64,000 bases of DNA from Bradymonadia bacterium. Lineage in GTDB: Bacteria; Myxococcota_A; Bradymonadia; UBA7976; UBA1532. Location of the stretch: assembly GCA_046290225.1 (NCBI GenBank), contig JBKAGE010000052.1:1-64000 (forward strand), in the 5' to 3' direction. Below the pieces are notes generated by a model that was given only the letters and a program-made list of their open reading frames with translations, ran no database searches and was not told where the DNA came from. How positions within the stretch are numbered: the stretch's first letter is position 1; the number at the start of each line of letters is the position of its first letter. A program made the position numbers and the translations under genes. Below, in pieces: positions 13,200 to 27,733 of this stretch.

Positions 13200-13288
13200 C
13201 TGGTGTCTCCTTCGCGCTGGATTTTCCCCGGGAAAAGTACGCCGCATGGGGGTTGGGGACAAGGGGAGGCGCCCTTAAAGAGAGTTTT

Positions 13289-13320
13289 CGGGCACGGGCA
13301 CGGGCACGGGCACGGGCACG
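13289..13320. repeat. Intergenic (CGGGCA)5 hexanucleotide microsatellite
   Basis: Directly visible, about 90 nt upstream of the acnA start. Confidence 0.95.
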
Positions 13321-13378
13321 AGTTGAGTCGTGCGTGGTCTGAGGGGGAATGTATTTGTTTTTGATGGTGTTTTGGGGG

Positions 13379-13939
13379 TTACCAGATGTCGGTGGTCATC
13401 CAGCCCTTTGGGGCTCGGGTGTATTGCGTGCGGGTGTGGGGTTGGGTTTGGAGATCGAGGCGGATGACGTGGGTGACGGTGAGCACGCCGATGCGGAAGT
13501 GCTCGGCGGGGGTGGAGAGATCGCTGGGTGGGGTAGGAGGGTATTGGGTTTTGGGGGATCTGGGTGCGCCCCAGAAGAAGCTCTGACGCATGTTGGGGCT
13601 GATGTTGGCCCAGGCCTGGTGCACGTCTTCGATGGTGCTGTCGGGGCCGTGGAGTTCGATGGTGCCTTGGAGCCGGAACTGTAGCCAGGGCTTGACGAAG
13701 TACCAGCAGAGCTCGGCTTGGGGGTTGACGAGCAGCTGTTGGGCTTTTTCGGTGCGGTTGTCGGTGTTGAAGAGCAGCTGCCCGCTCTCAGGGCGCACCT
13801 CACGGATCACCATGGTGCGCACCTGAGGGCGCCCTTCCGGGGTGATGGTGGCGAGCTGGGTGAAGCGGGTGCTGGGATCGGCGGGGTCGAGGTGCGTGAG
13901 GAGCTCTTGGGCCCAGAGGGCGGGGGTCGGTGTGTTCAT
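13379..13939 (-). CDS. Pyridoxamine 5'-phosphate oxidase-like FMN-binding protein
   Basis: QLATITPEGRPQVRTMV, NTDNRTEK, ELCWYF..QFRLQG; start 13939-13960 uncertain. Confidence 0.85.
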   Translation of the reverse strand: MNTPTPALWAQELLTHLDPADPSTRFTQLATITPEGRPQVRTMVIREVRPESGQLLFNTDNRTEKAQQLLVNPQAELCWYFVKPWLQFRLQGTIELHGPDSTIEDVHQAWANISPNMRQSFFWGAPRSPKTQYPPTPPSDLSTPAEHFRIGVLTVTHVIRLDLQTQPHTRTQYTRAPKGWMTTDIW

Positions 13940-13981
13940 GTGGGGAGGATGCATGAGCACGGGCGGGGAAGTCAGCCCCTT

Positions 13982-14824
13982 TCAGCCGACCTCGAAGATG
14001 CGCGGCTGCCCCTGGCCTGAGACATTGATCAACGGGGCGTGCCATGTGGGGTCGAGGACGGTCTTGAAGCGGTGGGTGTGTCCACACAACCGTAGCTTGA
14101 GCGAGGGGGTGTGGGTCATCCAGTGGCCCTGGGCGCTGGGGAGGCTTGCATCCCAGCCCATATAGAAATTGAGGAAGTCGTATTTGGCCGAGTGCCCGTA
14201 GAGGCACATCCGCGCATCAGGGGCGGTGTGTGTCATGAGCACGACGTCGTCGACCTGATTCGAGATCTCATCGAACTGTGCCTTGAGCGTGGCCTGGCAC
14301 AGATCGAAGAGGGCCTGTGAGCTGATGTCCATGCGCGCCTCGCCCAGCTCGCTTCGTGTCCACGCATCAGCCATCTCTCGTGCCTCAGCGAAGGTCCGCG
14401 GGGTGTCTCCGGAGGGGTCGGCCAGGATGGGGGTTTTGCCCCAGAGCGAGCCATCGAACCAGCCCAGGTTGCCGAGGAACGCCACGCCGTCGACGATGGC
14501 AGGTGCATGATCCAAGACGTGGATGCCGAAGGGGGCCGCGAGCAACTGTGCTTCTGCGGCATACCCGCTGATGGGGCCCTCGAGATCTTCGAGATCGTTG
14601 TTGCCCACGACCCAGAGTTTCTCTTTGACGGGGATCTCTGCGAGCAGGTTGAGCACCTCGTCCTGAAACCTGTGATCGGGTGAGGGCTCGGCGAGATCGC
14701 CTCCCAGTAACAATACGTCAGGTGACTCTCTGTGTGCGGTCTCGATGGCCTGTTTGATGGTGTCTGCGGCCCACGTGCCCCACTTGCCATGGTGCAGATC
14801 GGAGAGGGTCATGATGGTGGTCAT
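13982..14824 (-). CDS. Calcineurin-like metallophosphoesterase
   Basis: SDLH, GGD, GNND (GNHD variant), THTAP, CGHTH. Confidence 0.85.
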   Translation of the reverse strand: MTTIMTLSDLHHGKWGTWAADTIKQAIETAHRESPDVLLLGGDLAEPSPDHRFQDEVLNLLAEIPVKEKLWVVGNNDLEDLEGPISGYAAEAQLLAAPFGIHVLDHAPAIVDGVAFLGNLGWFDGSLWGKTPILADPSGDTPRTFAEAREMADAWTRSELGEARMDISSQALFDLCQATLKAQFDEISNQVDDVVLMTHTAPDARMCLYGHSAKYDFLNFYMGWDASLPSAQGHWMTHTPSLKLRLCGHTHRFKTVLDPTWHAPLINVSGQGQPRIFEVG

Positions 14825-15486
14825 TGCGCATTGCCTGTCTTATGCCGATCAACACACTCTTTGTTGCTCAGCCATTGCCGATCGTGTGTGTAGTGATAGG
14901 CAAGCTGGTCAGGCGGGTACATATGATTCTGACCCACGGGGCAGGCCTGTCGGATCGCCGCCCAGCGGGGCCATTGGGCCTTGACGGCCTCTGCGGTGAG
15001 TGGGCAGTCAGCCATGACCTCTGCCAGAGCGGGTCTGCAGCCACCTTCGCACCCATGACAGGGCGGCGCTGGCTCGACGTGGGGTATGCCCTCGATGCCC
15101 TCGAATGTGAGTACTGCCCTCAGCCCGATCCACGGACCGTACTCCGGATGCACGATGAGGTGGGCTGGAGACTTCCACCCCAAACCCGCGTCGACGGCGA
15201 GGCGTTGAAGGGGTGGAGGGGTGGTGCTGTGCCCCCAGTCGACGTGAATCGGTGTCGCGCTGTCGTGGATCGCGCGCTCGATGACCGACTCTACATAGGC
15301 ATCGAGCGGGTGCTCGGTGTGTTGGAGCGCTGGGGTTACTCGGAGCGCTGAGATGAAGGCTGGCCACAGCGCTCGGGTGTTGCCCACGAGCCAGCGCAGC
15401 TCGGGACCAGGGATGGGGGCGATGAGATCGAGGCCCCCACGAGCGAGGGTCTGCTCAAATTGGCCTAGAGCAAGCGCTTGATCCAC
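14821..15486 (-). CDS. MMACHC/CblC-like or nitroreductase-fold protein with a Cys cluster
   Basis: VGNTRALWPAF, HPLDAY, LQRLA..AGLG, HPEYGPWIGLRAV, PCHGC...CPVG. Confidence 0.55.
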   Translation of the reverse strand: MDQALALGQFEQTLARGGLDLIAPIPGPELRWLVGNTRALWPAFISALRVTPALQHTEHPLDAYVESVIERAIHDSATPIHVDWGHSTTPPPLQRLAVDAGLGWKSPAHLIVHPEYGPWIGLRAVLTFEGIEGIPHVEPAPPCHGCEGGCRPALAEVMADCPLTAEAVKAQWPRWAAIRQACPVGQNHMYPPDQLAYHYTHDRQWLSNKECVDRHKTGNAQ

Positions 15487-16889
15487 TTCACCTTCTTCTC
15501 GTCGTAGGGCGGGTAGAGCAGCGACGGGTCGATGGCCGTGGGCTTGCTCAGCACCGAGCGGCGATGGCTGAAGACCTCGAACGAGGCCTTGCCGTGATAG
15601 GCCCCCATACCGCTCTCGCCGACGCCGCCGAAGGGCAGGCCCGGCACCGCCAGATGCATCATGCAGTGGTTGATGGCCCCACCGCCGGCGCTGGTGCGGT
15701 CGATCATCTGTTGGGAGATGCCCTTGTCAGAGGCGAAGACGTACATGGCCAGGGGCTTGGGCCGGGCGTTGATGAAGGCCACGGCCTCGTCAGGGCCGGG
15801 GACCGACATCGTGGGCAGCAGCGGGCCGAAGATCTCATCGGCCATGACCGCTGACTCCGGCGAGGTGTGCTTGAGCACTGTGGGGGCGATGAATCGATCT
15901 TCGGCGTCGGCACTGTCGGGGCCACCAGTGACGATCTCGCCAGCCTTGTCGTCGAAGAGACCCATCAGCCGGGCATGGTGCCGCGTGTTGATGACCCGGC
16001 CATAGTCGGGGCTCTTCTGCGGGTCGTCGCCATAGAAGTCGTGCAGGGTCTGTTTGAGCTGGTCGATGAACCGATCGTAGATGGCCTCGTGCACGAGCAG
16101 GTAGTCCGGGGCGACGCAGGTCTGGCCTGAGTTGGAGAACTTGCCCCAGGCGATGCGCTTGGCTGCCACCTCGAGGTTGGCGCCCTTGTCGATGTAGACC
16201 GGGCTCTTGCCCCCGAGCTCGAGGGTGACAGGGGTGAGATGTTTGGCGGCAGCAGACATCACGATGCGGCCCACGGTGCCATTGCCCGTGTAGAAGATGT
16301 GGTCGAATCGCTCGGCGAGCAGCGCGGTGGTCTCGGGTACGGCGCCCTCGACGACGGCGATGGCGTCAGTGTCGAGGTACTTGGGCAGCAAATCGGCCAT
16401 GAGGGTCGAGGTGGCCGGCGCAACCTCGGAGGGCTTCACCACTGCGCAGTTCCCCGCGGCGAGGGCGCCGAGCAGGGGGGCCATGGCGAGCTGGAAGGGG
16501 TAGTTCCAGGGGGCGATGACGAGCACCACACCCAGGGGCTCCCGATGGATCTTGCTGGTGCCGGGCTGGGCCACGAGGGGGGTGGAGACCTTCTCGGGCT
16601 TCATCCACTTCGACAGCCGTTTGGCGATGTAGTCGACCTCACCGACGACGTAATGGATCTCGGTGCTGAAGGCCTCGATGTAGGGCTTGCCGAGATCCTG
16701 GCCGAGGGCTTCGGCGATGGCACCCTCGTGATCCTGGCACATCTTCTTGAGGGCCTGCAGTTGCTCGAGCCGCCACTGCAAAGTCTTGGTCTTGCCGGTG
16801 TTGAAGGTGTCGCGCAGCCCGGCGACGAGGGCGGGGATGCGAGAGATGATCTCTTCGGGGGTGAGATCCCGGCTGACCTTGATGTTCAT
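15465..16889 (-). CDS. Aldehyde dehydrogenase family 3 (fatty/coniferyl aldehyde type)
   Basis: PWNYP, KPSE, YTG, LELGGKSP, GQTCVAPDY, EIFGP, PFGGVGESGMG. Confidence 0.95.
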   Translation of the reverse strand: MNIKVSRDLTPEEIISRIPALVAGLRDTFNTGKTKTLQWRLEQLQALKKMCQDHEGAIAEALGQDLGKPYIEAFSTEIHYVVGEVDYIAKRLSKWMKPEKVSTPLVAQPGTSKIHREPLGVVLVIAPWNYPFQLAMAPLLGALAAGNCAVVKPSEVAPATSTLMADLLPKYLDTDAIAVVEGAVPETTALLAERFDHIFYTGNGTVGRIVMSAAAKHLTPVTLELGGKSPVYIDKGANLEVAAKRIAWGKFSNSGQTCVAPDYLLVHEAIYDRFIDQLKQTLHDFYGDDPQKSPDYGRVINTRHHARLMGLFDDKAGEIVTGGPDSADAEDRFIAPTVLKHTSPESAVMADEIFGPLLPTMSVPGPDEAVAFINARPKPLAMYVFASDKGISQQMIDRTSAGGGAINHCMMHLAVPGLPFGGVGESGMGAYHGKASFEVFSHRRSVLSKPTAIDPSLLYPPYDEKKVKWIKRLL

Positions 16890-17022
16890 GGCAGGGCTCC
16901 TGGGCAAGGCTCTCGTGGGGTGATGACCGAGAAGGTTAGCAGGTTACAGGCGCCTTCGCACTGTGGTGAGCTGTTGCGCACGCCGCTGCTGAAAGATCCG
17001 GAGAAAGATCTGGTGAGAGGTC

Positions 17023-17050
17023 TGCGGGTTTTCCCTACAGCCAACGCATC
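17023..17050 (+). promoter_or_regulatory. Conserved bipartite motif, copy 1 (putative ECF promoter)
   Basis: TGCGGG-ttttccctacagccaa-CGCATC, 16-nt spacer, 56 nt before GTG 17107. Confidence 0.8.
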
Positions 17051-17106
17051 ACTTGCGAAACCGGGATTCTGATCTCGTCGATTTGATCTCAGCAAGGGAG
17101 CGCAGC

Positions 17107-17556
17107 GTGAACGGACTCACTCGAACTCTTCAACTCTTCATCTTGATGTGCGCGGCTACGGCATGCAGCGACGATGGTGGTGGCAGCAGCGGCGGAGGCG
17201 GTGCAGGTGGGAGCGCTGGAAGCGGTGGGAGCGCTGGCGGTGAGCCGCCTGCTCCGGAGGATGCGATTCAGGTCACTGGCTCAGGCTTGCGCGGGTGCGA
17301 TGTGTTGTTCGCGGAAGGTGAGACTGCAGTGCGCTCGGTGAGCTTTGCCGAGGGCGTCGTGGGCGAATGGATCAAACGCGATGGCGTGGTGGCGCTGTCA
17401 TTTGTCGGAGCCAACGGTGCCGAAATGGGCAACGTGGGCGCGATCCGTCTGCAGAGCGGTGACATCGCGGGGGCGGGCGATTTGGAGACCCTCGAGCTCT
17501 CGTGTTTTGGTGAGAACGGCGCTGCTCTGAACGACGCGCAGATCGCGTTCAAATAA
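17107..17556 (+). CDS. Small lipoprotein, Gly linker + beta-sandwich (possibly cohesin-like)
   Basis: GGGAG RBS, lipobox ATAC, GGS-rich linker, beta-rich domain with two Cys; fold is a guess. Confidence 0.65.
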   Translation: MNGLTRTLQLFILMCAATACSDDGGGSSGGGGAGGSAGSGGSAGGEPPAPEDAIQVTGSGLRGCDVLFAEGETAVRSVSFAEGVVGEWIKRDGVVALSFVGANGAEMGNVGAIRLQSGDIAGAGDLETLELSCFGENGAALNDAQIAFK

Positions 17557-17570
17557 CCCGCATTTCTCGC

Positions 17571-17598
17571 TGCGGGTTTCCCGCCCTTCCATCGCATC
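17571..17598 (+). promoter_or_regulatory. Conserved bipartite motif, copy 2
   Basis: TGCGGG-tttcccgcccttccat-CGCATC, 36 nt before ATG 17635. Confidence 0.8.
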
Positions 17599-17634
17599 TG
17601 CTCCTGACACCCTCTCGAATCAGGAGCCCCCACC

Positions 17635-23562
<5,928 letters not shown>

Positions 23563-23597
23563 TCATGCGCTGCGTGCGTACTGAGTTGGGGCCCGCT

Positions 23598-24119
23598 TCA
23601 CTCTTCTCCTGACAAGTAAGGCGCCCGCCAGTTCTTCCCCTTCTTCCGAGGCTGTTGCATCGCCACTTCGAGATGCTGCGTCAGTTGGGCATGGAAGAGT
23701 GCCTGATCTTCTGCGGCCAAGATGACTGCTTCGACGAACTCAGTCGGAGGGGCATAGTGATGTGCATATATATAGTGAAACACCAAATCAGGAGCAGCAA
23801 GTATCAGCCCGTTTGGATGAAACACCCGAATCTCACCAGACCCCAGGCCTTCTGTGTGGTCACCGTACCGCTCTCTCAGGATCGAAGCAGGGGGTGGCTG
23901 GCAGAGATCGCAGCAATGGAAGCCACGTGTGCGCATGAATCGACTGTAACGTCGATCGTGCAGTGTGGATGTCACCACCCACCAGAGCGCATCCAGGAAC
24001 TCGACTGAAGGGGGGCGTGTCGGGCACGGTTTGTGGGCCGAGAGCCATCCGACGTTCTTCGCACCAAGGCCTGTCAAATGGCGTGCGTTGCAATATGGGG
24101 TCATGTCCGCGAAGTACAC
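23598..24119 (-). CDS. Conserved hypothetical protein with HCCxxC and AAPxLxxHYI motifs
   Basis: NVGWL, RGFHCCDLC, LGSGEIRV, AAPDLVFHYI..HHYAPP; visibly AT-richer than its neighbours. Confidence 0.7.
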   Translation of the reverse strand: MYFADMTPYCNARHLTGLGAKNVGWLSAHKPCPTRPPSVEFLDALWWVVTSTLHDRRYSRFMRTRGFHCCDLCQPPPASILRERYGDHTEGLGSGEIRVFHPNGLILAAPDLVFHYIYAHHYAPPTEFVEAVILAAEDQALFHAQLTQHLEVAMQQPRKKGKNWRAPYLSGEE

Positions 24120-24189
24120 AGGCCCCTCCTGAGCTTTACCCTTCTATCTCGAGGATGAGTATCCGATCCGCTTGCGAGAAGGGCCACCC

Positions 24190-25665
24190 TCAAGACAAAA
24201 AAGGCAGAGCAGGCCACTCTCCCATCCGCTCCAGCTGCCCCGCAAGCGACAGCAGCCTGTCCTCCCGCCCCATCGGCGCGATGAAGTGTGCCGCCATAGG
24301 GAGCCCTTCCTTCTCAGTGATCGTCGACGGCACCGAGATCGCCGGCATCCCCGTACCATTGGCCACTGGCGTGAAGGGAATGTAACGGTTCAGCTGCAGC
24401 GCCACTGATTCGTTCGACCCTGTAGCGGTGAAGCTGCCTGTGGCCATGGGGGGCTGTCCGAGCACCGTCGTCAGCATCAGATCCCAACGCTCGAAGTAGG
24501 CCATCATGTGATGGGCCGCCTCGTTCAGGGCGGCGTTGGCCAGCCACAAATCACTGGGAGAGAGCTGAGCGTCCATCTTCTCCAAACGTCGGGTCACTGG
24601 CTCGAGGCCCACCTTTGGCGCCGACATGGCCAGACGGAACAGGGCAGGGCGCTTGAGCAGCTTCTGGGCTGTCGGTGACAGGTCGGATTTACCGAGGTTG
24701 GCCCGAGCGGCCTTGAAGAACACTCCAGCCCCTGCAGCCCAGAGCACCTGGAATGCCGCGGAGAAGCGATCACTGTCGATGGGGGACTCCACCTCTTCCA
24801 CGTGGTGGCCCAGCGCTTCGAGGCGCTTCGCCGTGGCGAGCACCGCCCGCTCGGCTTCGGGGTGCAGAGGCTCACCGCGCAGGTTCTTCACCGTGAAGCC
24901 CACCCGCAGAGGCTCAGGATCTTCACGGCACACCTCTGCATAGGGTCGAGCTGGAGCAGGTTGAACCCAACGGCTCTGGTGCGGCGCGCTCACGCAATCG
25001 AGCAGCGTGGCGGTGTCGCGGACCGTGCGGCTGACGCAGAGGTGGTTCACGAAGCCGTCGGGATCATCGTCCCACGCTGTGGGGTGGCGGCCCCTGCTGG
25101 GCTTGAGCCCCACGAGGCCACAGCACGCTGCGGGGATCCGGATCGAGCCGCCGCCGTCCACGGCGTGAGCCATGGGCACGATGCCTGCCGCGACTGCGGC
25201 AGCGGAGCCTCCACTCGAGCCGCCAGGGGAGTGCTTCGTGTTCCACGGATTTGCGGTAGACCCATAGGCCCGTGGTTCGCTGAACGGCACGAAGCCCACC
25301 TCGCTCATGTTGGTGCGCCCCAAGGCCACGAGGCCGCTGTCGACAAACCGCTGAGCCACGGGATGGGTGCGCTCGCAGACGTAGCCCTTGAGCAGGGCCG
25401 AGCCGAGGGTCATGGGGGTGCCTTCGAGCTCGATCTGGTCTTTGAGCAGCCACGGCACACCATGGAACGGCCCCTTGGGCAGGCCGGCGCCGAGGGCCGT
25501 GTCCGCGTGGCGGGCGAGATCGTGAATCACAGCGTTGATCTCGGGGTTGAGCCGCGCGATCTCCCCTCGGGCGAGGTCAGCGAGCTCTTGTGGAGTGACT
25601 TCACCCCGAGCGACCAGCTCGGCGAGGCCCACGGCGTCATATTTGCGGTATTCTTCGGGGGTCAT
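24190..25665 (-). CDS. Amidase (amidase-signature family)
   Basis: GVPWLLKD, PGGSSGGSAAAVAAG, DGGGSIRIPAACCGLVGLKPSRGR. Confidence 0.93.
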   Translation of the reverse strand: MTPEEYRKYDAVGLAELVARGEVTPQELADLARGEIARLNPEINAVIHDLARHADTALGAGLPKGPFHGVPWLLKDQIELEGTPMTLGSALLKGYVCERTHPVAQRFVDSGLVALGRTNMSEVGFVPFSEPRAYGSTANPWNTKHSPGGSSGGSAAAVAAGIVPMAHAVDGGGSIRIPAACCGLVGLKPSRGRHPTAWDDDPDGFVNHLCVSRTVRDTATLLDCVSAPHQSRWVQPAPARPYAEVCREDPEPLRVGFTVKNLRGEPLHPEAERAVLATAKRLEALGHHVEEVESPIDSDRFSAAFQVLWAAGAGVFFKAARANLGKSDLSPTAQKLLKRPALFRLAMSAPKVGLEPVTRRLEKMDAQLSPSDLWLANAALNEAAHHMMAYFERWDLMLTTVLGQPPMATGSFTATGSNESVALQLNRYIPFTPVANGTGMPAISVPSTITEKEGLPMAAHFIAPMGREDRLLSLAGQLERMGEWPALPFLS

Positions 25666-25749
25666 GGCGTTGGCCTCTGGTGCTGGGTTGGCGTGAATCG
25701 GTCGCGTCAGGCGATGCGCCACGATGGCGAGAAACGACGGAGGGGTAAA

Positions 25750-26517
25750 GTGGGAGAGCGAGATTGGGATGCTGCGGTGCCAGAGATACGGGTGGTGCGT
25801 GATCTCTGTACCTTCGTCGATGGGTCTGCGCTGAAACCGGACTACCCTGTGGTGATCGAGGCGTCAGGGCTCGCGCGCCTCGATTTGGTGAACGCGGAGG
25901 GGGAGAAGCAGCTGCGGGTGATTGAGTCTGTGGTACGTGAAACCGACGGAGTTGAACGTCTGAGGGGCTGGGTAGGCAAATTTCGGGGAGGTATCCTACG
26001 ACCTCATGCAAAAACCCCGATGGGGTGGCATCAACCAGACCAGCAATTGCAGCGGTTCAACTTTGGTAAGGCCACGGCCTATTGCATGAGTGTTGAGCGG
26101 TCAGCGCTGCTCGAAATGTTGGGGCCAGCACACTATGAGGAATACGATTCGCTACGAACTACTGGTGAACCTTGGTTTTATTGGGCTTTTGAAGGCTACG
26201 ACTCCATGGCTTGTATGGTCGAGTCAGCTGAAGCACAGCCATACGCCCAGCTCTATTTCAATCCTGGGTGGCCCCCGGAGCCTTCGAGGTGGCTCAAACC
26301 TTTAAACCTGCACGTCTTCGATTGGGTAGAAATGGAACACGAGGAGCGCCTGTGGGGTCATGGCCAGGCCGGTCGCTTCAATGTCATGCGCCAGGATGAC
26401 AACGGCCAGACCTTCGTCATGCGCACCTGCACCAACGACTATGAAGCCAAACGCTGGGTCGAGGTCTACGAAGCCCGAGGACACAAACAGGATTACTGGG
26501 TCGAGTCAGCTGACTGA
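25750..26517 (+). CDS. Hypothetical protein with a small C-terminal RQDDNG...RGHKQxYWV (SPOR-like) domain
   Basis: 3' part of ORF 24802..26517 that does not overlap the amidase; GAGGGG RBS before GTG 25750. Confidence 0.55.
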   Translation: MGERDWDAAVPEIRVVRDLCTFVDGSALKPDYPVVIEASGLARLDLVNAEGEKQLRVIESVVRETDGVERLRGWVGKFRGGILRPHAKTPMGWHQPDQQLQRFNFGKATAYCMSVERSALLEMLGPAHYEEYDSLRTTGEPWFYWAFEGYDSMACMVESAEAQPYAQLYFNPGWPPEPSRWLKPLNLHVFDWVEMEHEERLWGHGQAGRFNVMRQDDNGQTFVMRTCTNDYEAKRWVEVYEARGHKQDYWVESAD

Positions 26518-26532
26518 ACGCCACCACAGTCG

Positions 26533-27591
26533 TCAGCTCAGCACCTCGTCAGGGGTGTTGGCGGTGAGGAGACGCTCGAGCGCTTGATCAAGTGTGTCGA
26601 TGTCAGCGGCATCGATGAATGCCTCATGATCTTGGGATATGTCCTGAAATTTGAGTTGCATGTGTCGCTTGAGCGTCTGCCTCGTCTTGTCGAGCAACCC
26701 TTGCCTCACCATCTCGGAGGCCATCTCGGAGGCCATTTCGGAAGCCATTTCGGAAGCCATTTCGGATGCCATTTCGGATGCCATTTCAGAGGCCATCTCA
26801 GAGGCCATCTCAGAGGCCATCTCAGAGGCCATCTCAGAGGCCATCCCTTGTGCAATCGTCTGAGCCAGCTCTTTGGCCAGAGTGGGCGCCAGCTCGGCGG
26901 CTTTCTTGTCAACGATGGCTTTGTATTCGTCCGAAAAGGGCTCCGTGAGCTTGATGTTGCGCAACATGGCGATGAATGCCTCCTTGGCCACCTGGGAGAG
27001 GTGGCGCAGTGTCAGATCAGTGTAGAGGTTGAAGTCATGTTCGTCGAGTGAGGAGACGAGGGCCACGGCGGGTTCCACCAAGGCCCTGCTGTGCGCACTC
27101 TTGCCGTGCATCACGATGGACAGCAGAGCCAGCTCTGGCTGTGCGACTGCGGTTCGAGGATCTGTCACGATGGGGAGTTGAGCAGGGCCGAGGACTGCCG
27201 GTGTATAGGTGTTGCCTCCGCCGAGATCGATGGGCGCGCTGGCCCAGCGTGCAACAGATTGGTGTGGGGTTACTACCAGGACTGTTGCCGGGCAGCGTTT
27301 CCGAGCGCGGGCGCTGACGGCATAGTAGGGCCAGCGGTAGCGCTTCTCGGGGTCGATGCGAAGTTGCACCTCGATGACCAGGGCCATTTGTGGGGTCGAG
27401 CCCAGTGTCAGGAGAGCTGCTTCGTCGGCGTCGTAGGCCACAGGGGTCGACTGAGCCAGGTTGATTTTTCCGCTGGTGACGGTGTCGTACGAGGGCAATG
27501 GCGGCAGGCCGGCTGCCTGCCAGAGCTCGATGGCGAGCTCGGGTTTTTGGGTGAACATTTCGACGATGATCTCGTGCAGTGTACTGGGCAC
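26533..27591 (-). CDS. Rpn/PD-(D/E)XK-like nuclease (putative transposase-like family) with (MASE)11 repeat
   Basis: HEIIVEMF..PELA, ALVIEVQL..D.EKRYRWPYY, PELALLS..HG; C-terminal IDAADIDTLDQALERLLTA; GGAGGAG RBS. Confidence 0.75.
   Translation of the reverse strand: MPSTLHEIIVEMFTQKPELAIELWQAAGLPPLPSYDTVTSGKINLAQSTPVAYDADEAALLTLGSTPQMALVIEVQLRIDPEKRYRWPYYAVSARARKRCPATVLVVTPHQSVARWASAPIDLGGGNTYTPAVLGPAQLPIVTDPRTAVAQPELALLSIVMHGKSAHSRALVEPAVALVSSLDEHDFNLYTDLTLRHLSQVAKEAFIAMLRNIKLTEPFSDEYKAIVDKKAAELAPTLAKELAQTIAQGMASEMASEMASEMASEMASEMASEMASEMASEMASEMASEMASEMVRQGLLDKTRQTLKRHMQLKFQDISQDHEAFIDAADIDTLDQALERLLTANTPDEVLS
26709..26844. repeat. 11 x 12-bp in-frame tandem repeat (CCATYTCRGADG on +)
   Basis: Counted directly; encodes MASE on the minus strand. 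Confidence 0.95.
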
Positions 27592-27672
27592 GTCTCCTCC
27601 GTAATCGTGGGCTCACCCCACAAGCACACCCGAGGTCTTTGACGTATTCCGTGTTTTTGACGCGAAGATCTT

Positions 27673-27700
27673 TGCGGGTTTCTCGAGCAACCCGCGCATC
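27673..27700 (+). promoter_or_regulatory. Conserved bipartite motif, copy 3
   Basis: TGCGGG-tttctcgagcaacccg-CGCATC, 33 nt before GTG 27734. Confidence 0.8.
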
Positions 27701-27733
27701 CCCTCCCAAACACCCTTTACTTGGGAGGACCAC

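Noticed and set aside
24802..25749. N-terminal part of the 571-aa ORF
   Set aside because: Antisense to the amidase; only the 3' part is treated as coding.
26709..26844. Repeat array as CRISPR
   Set aside because: Contiguous 12-bp units with no spacers, in-frame within a CDS, and no cas genes.
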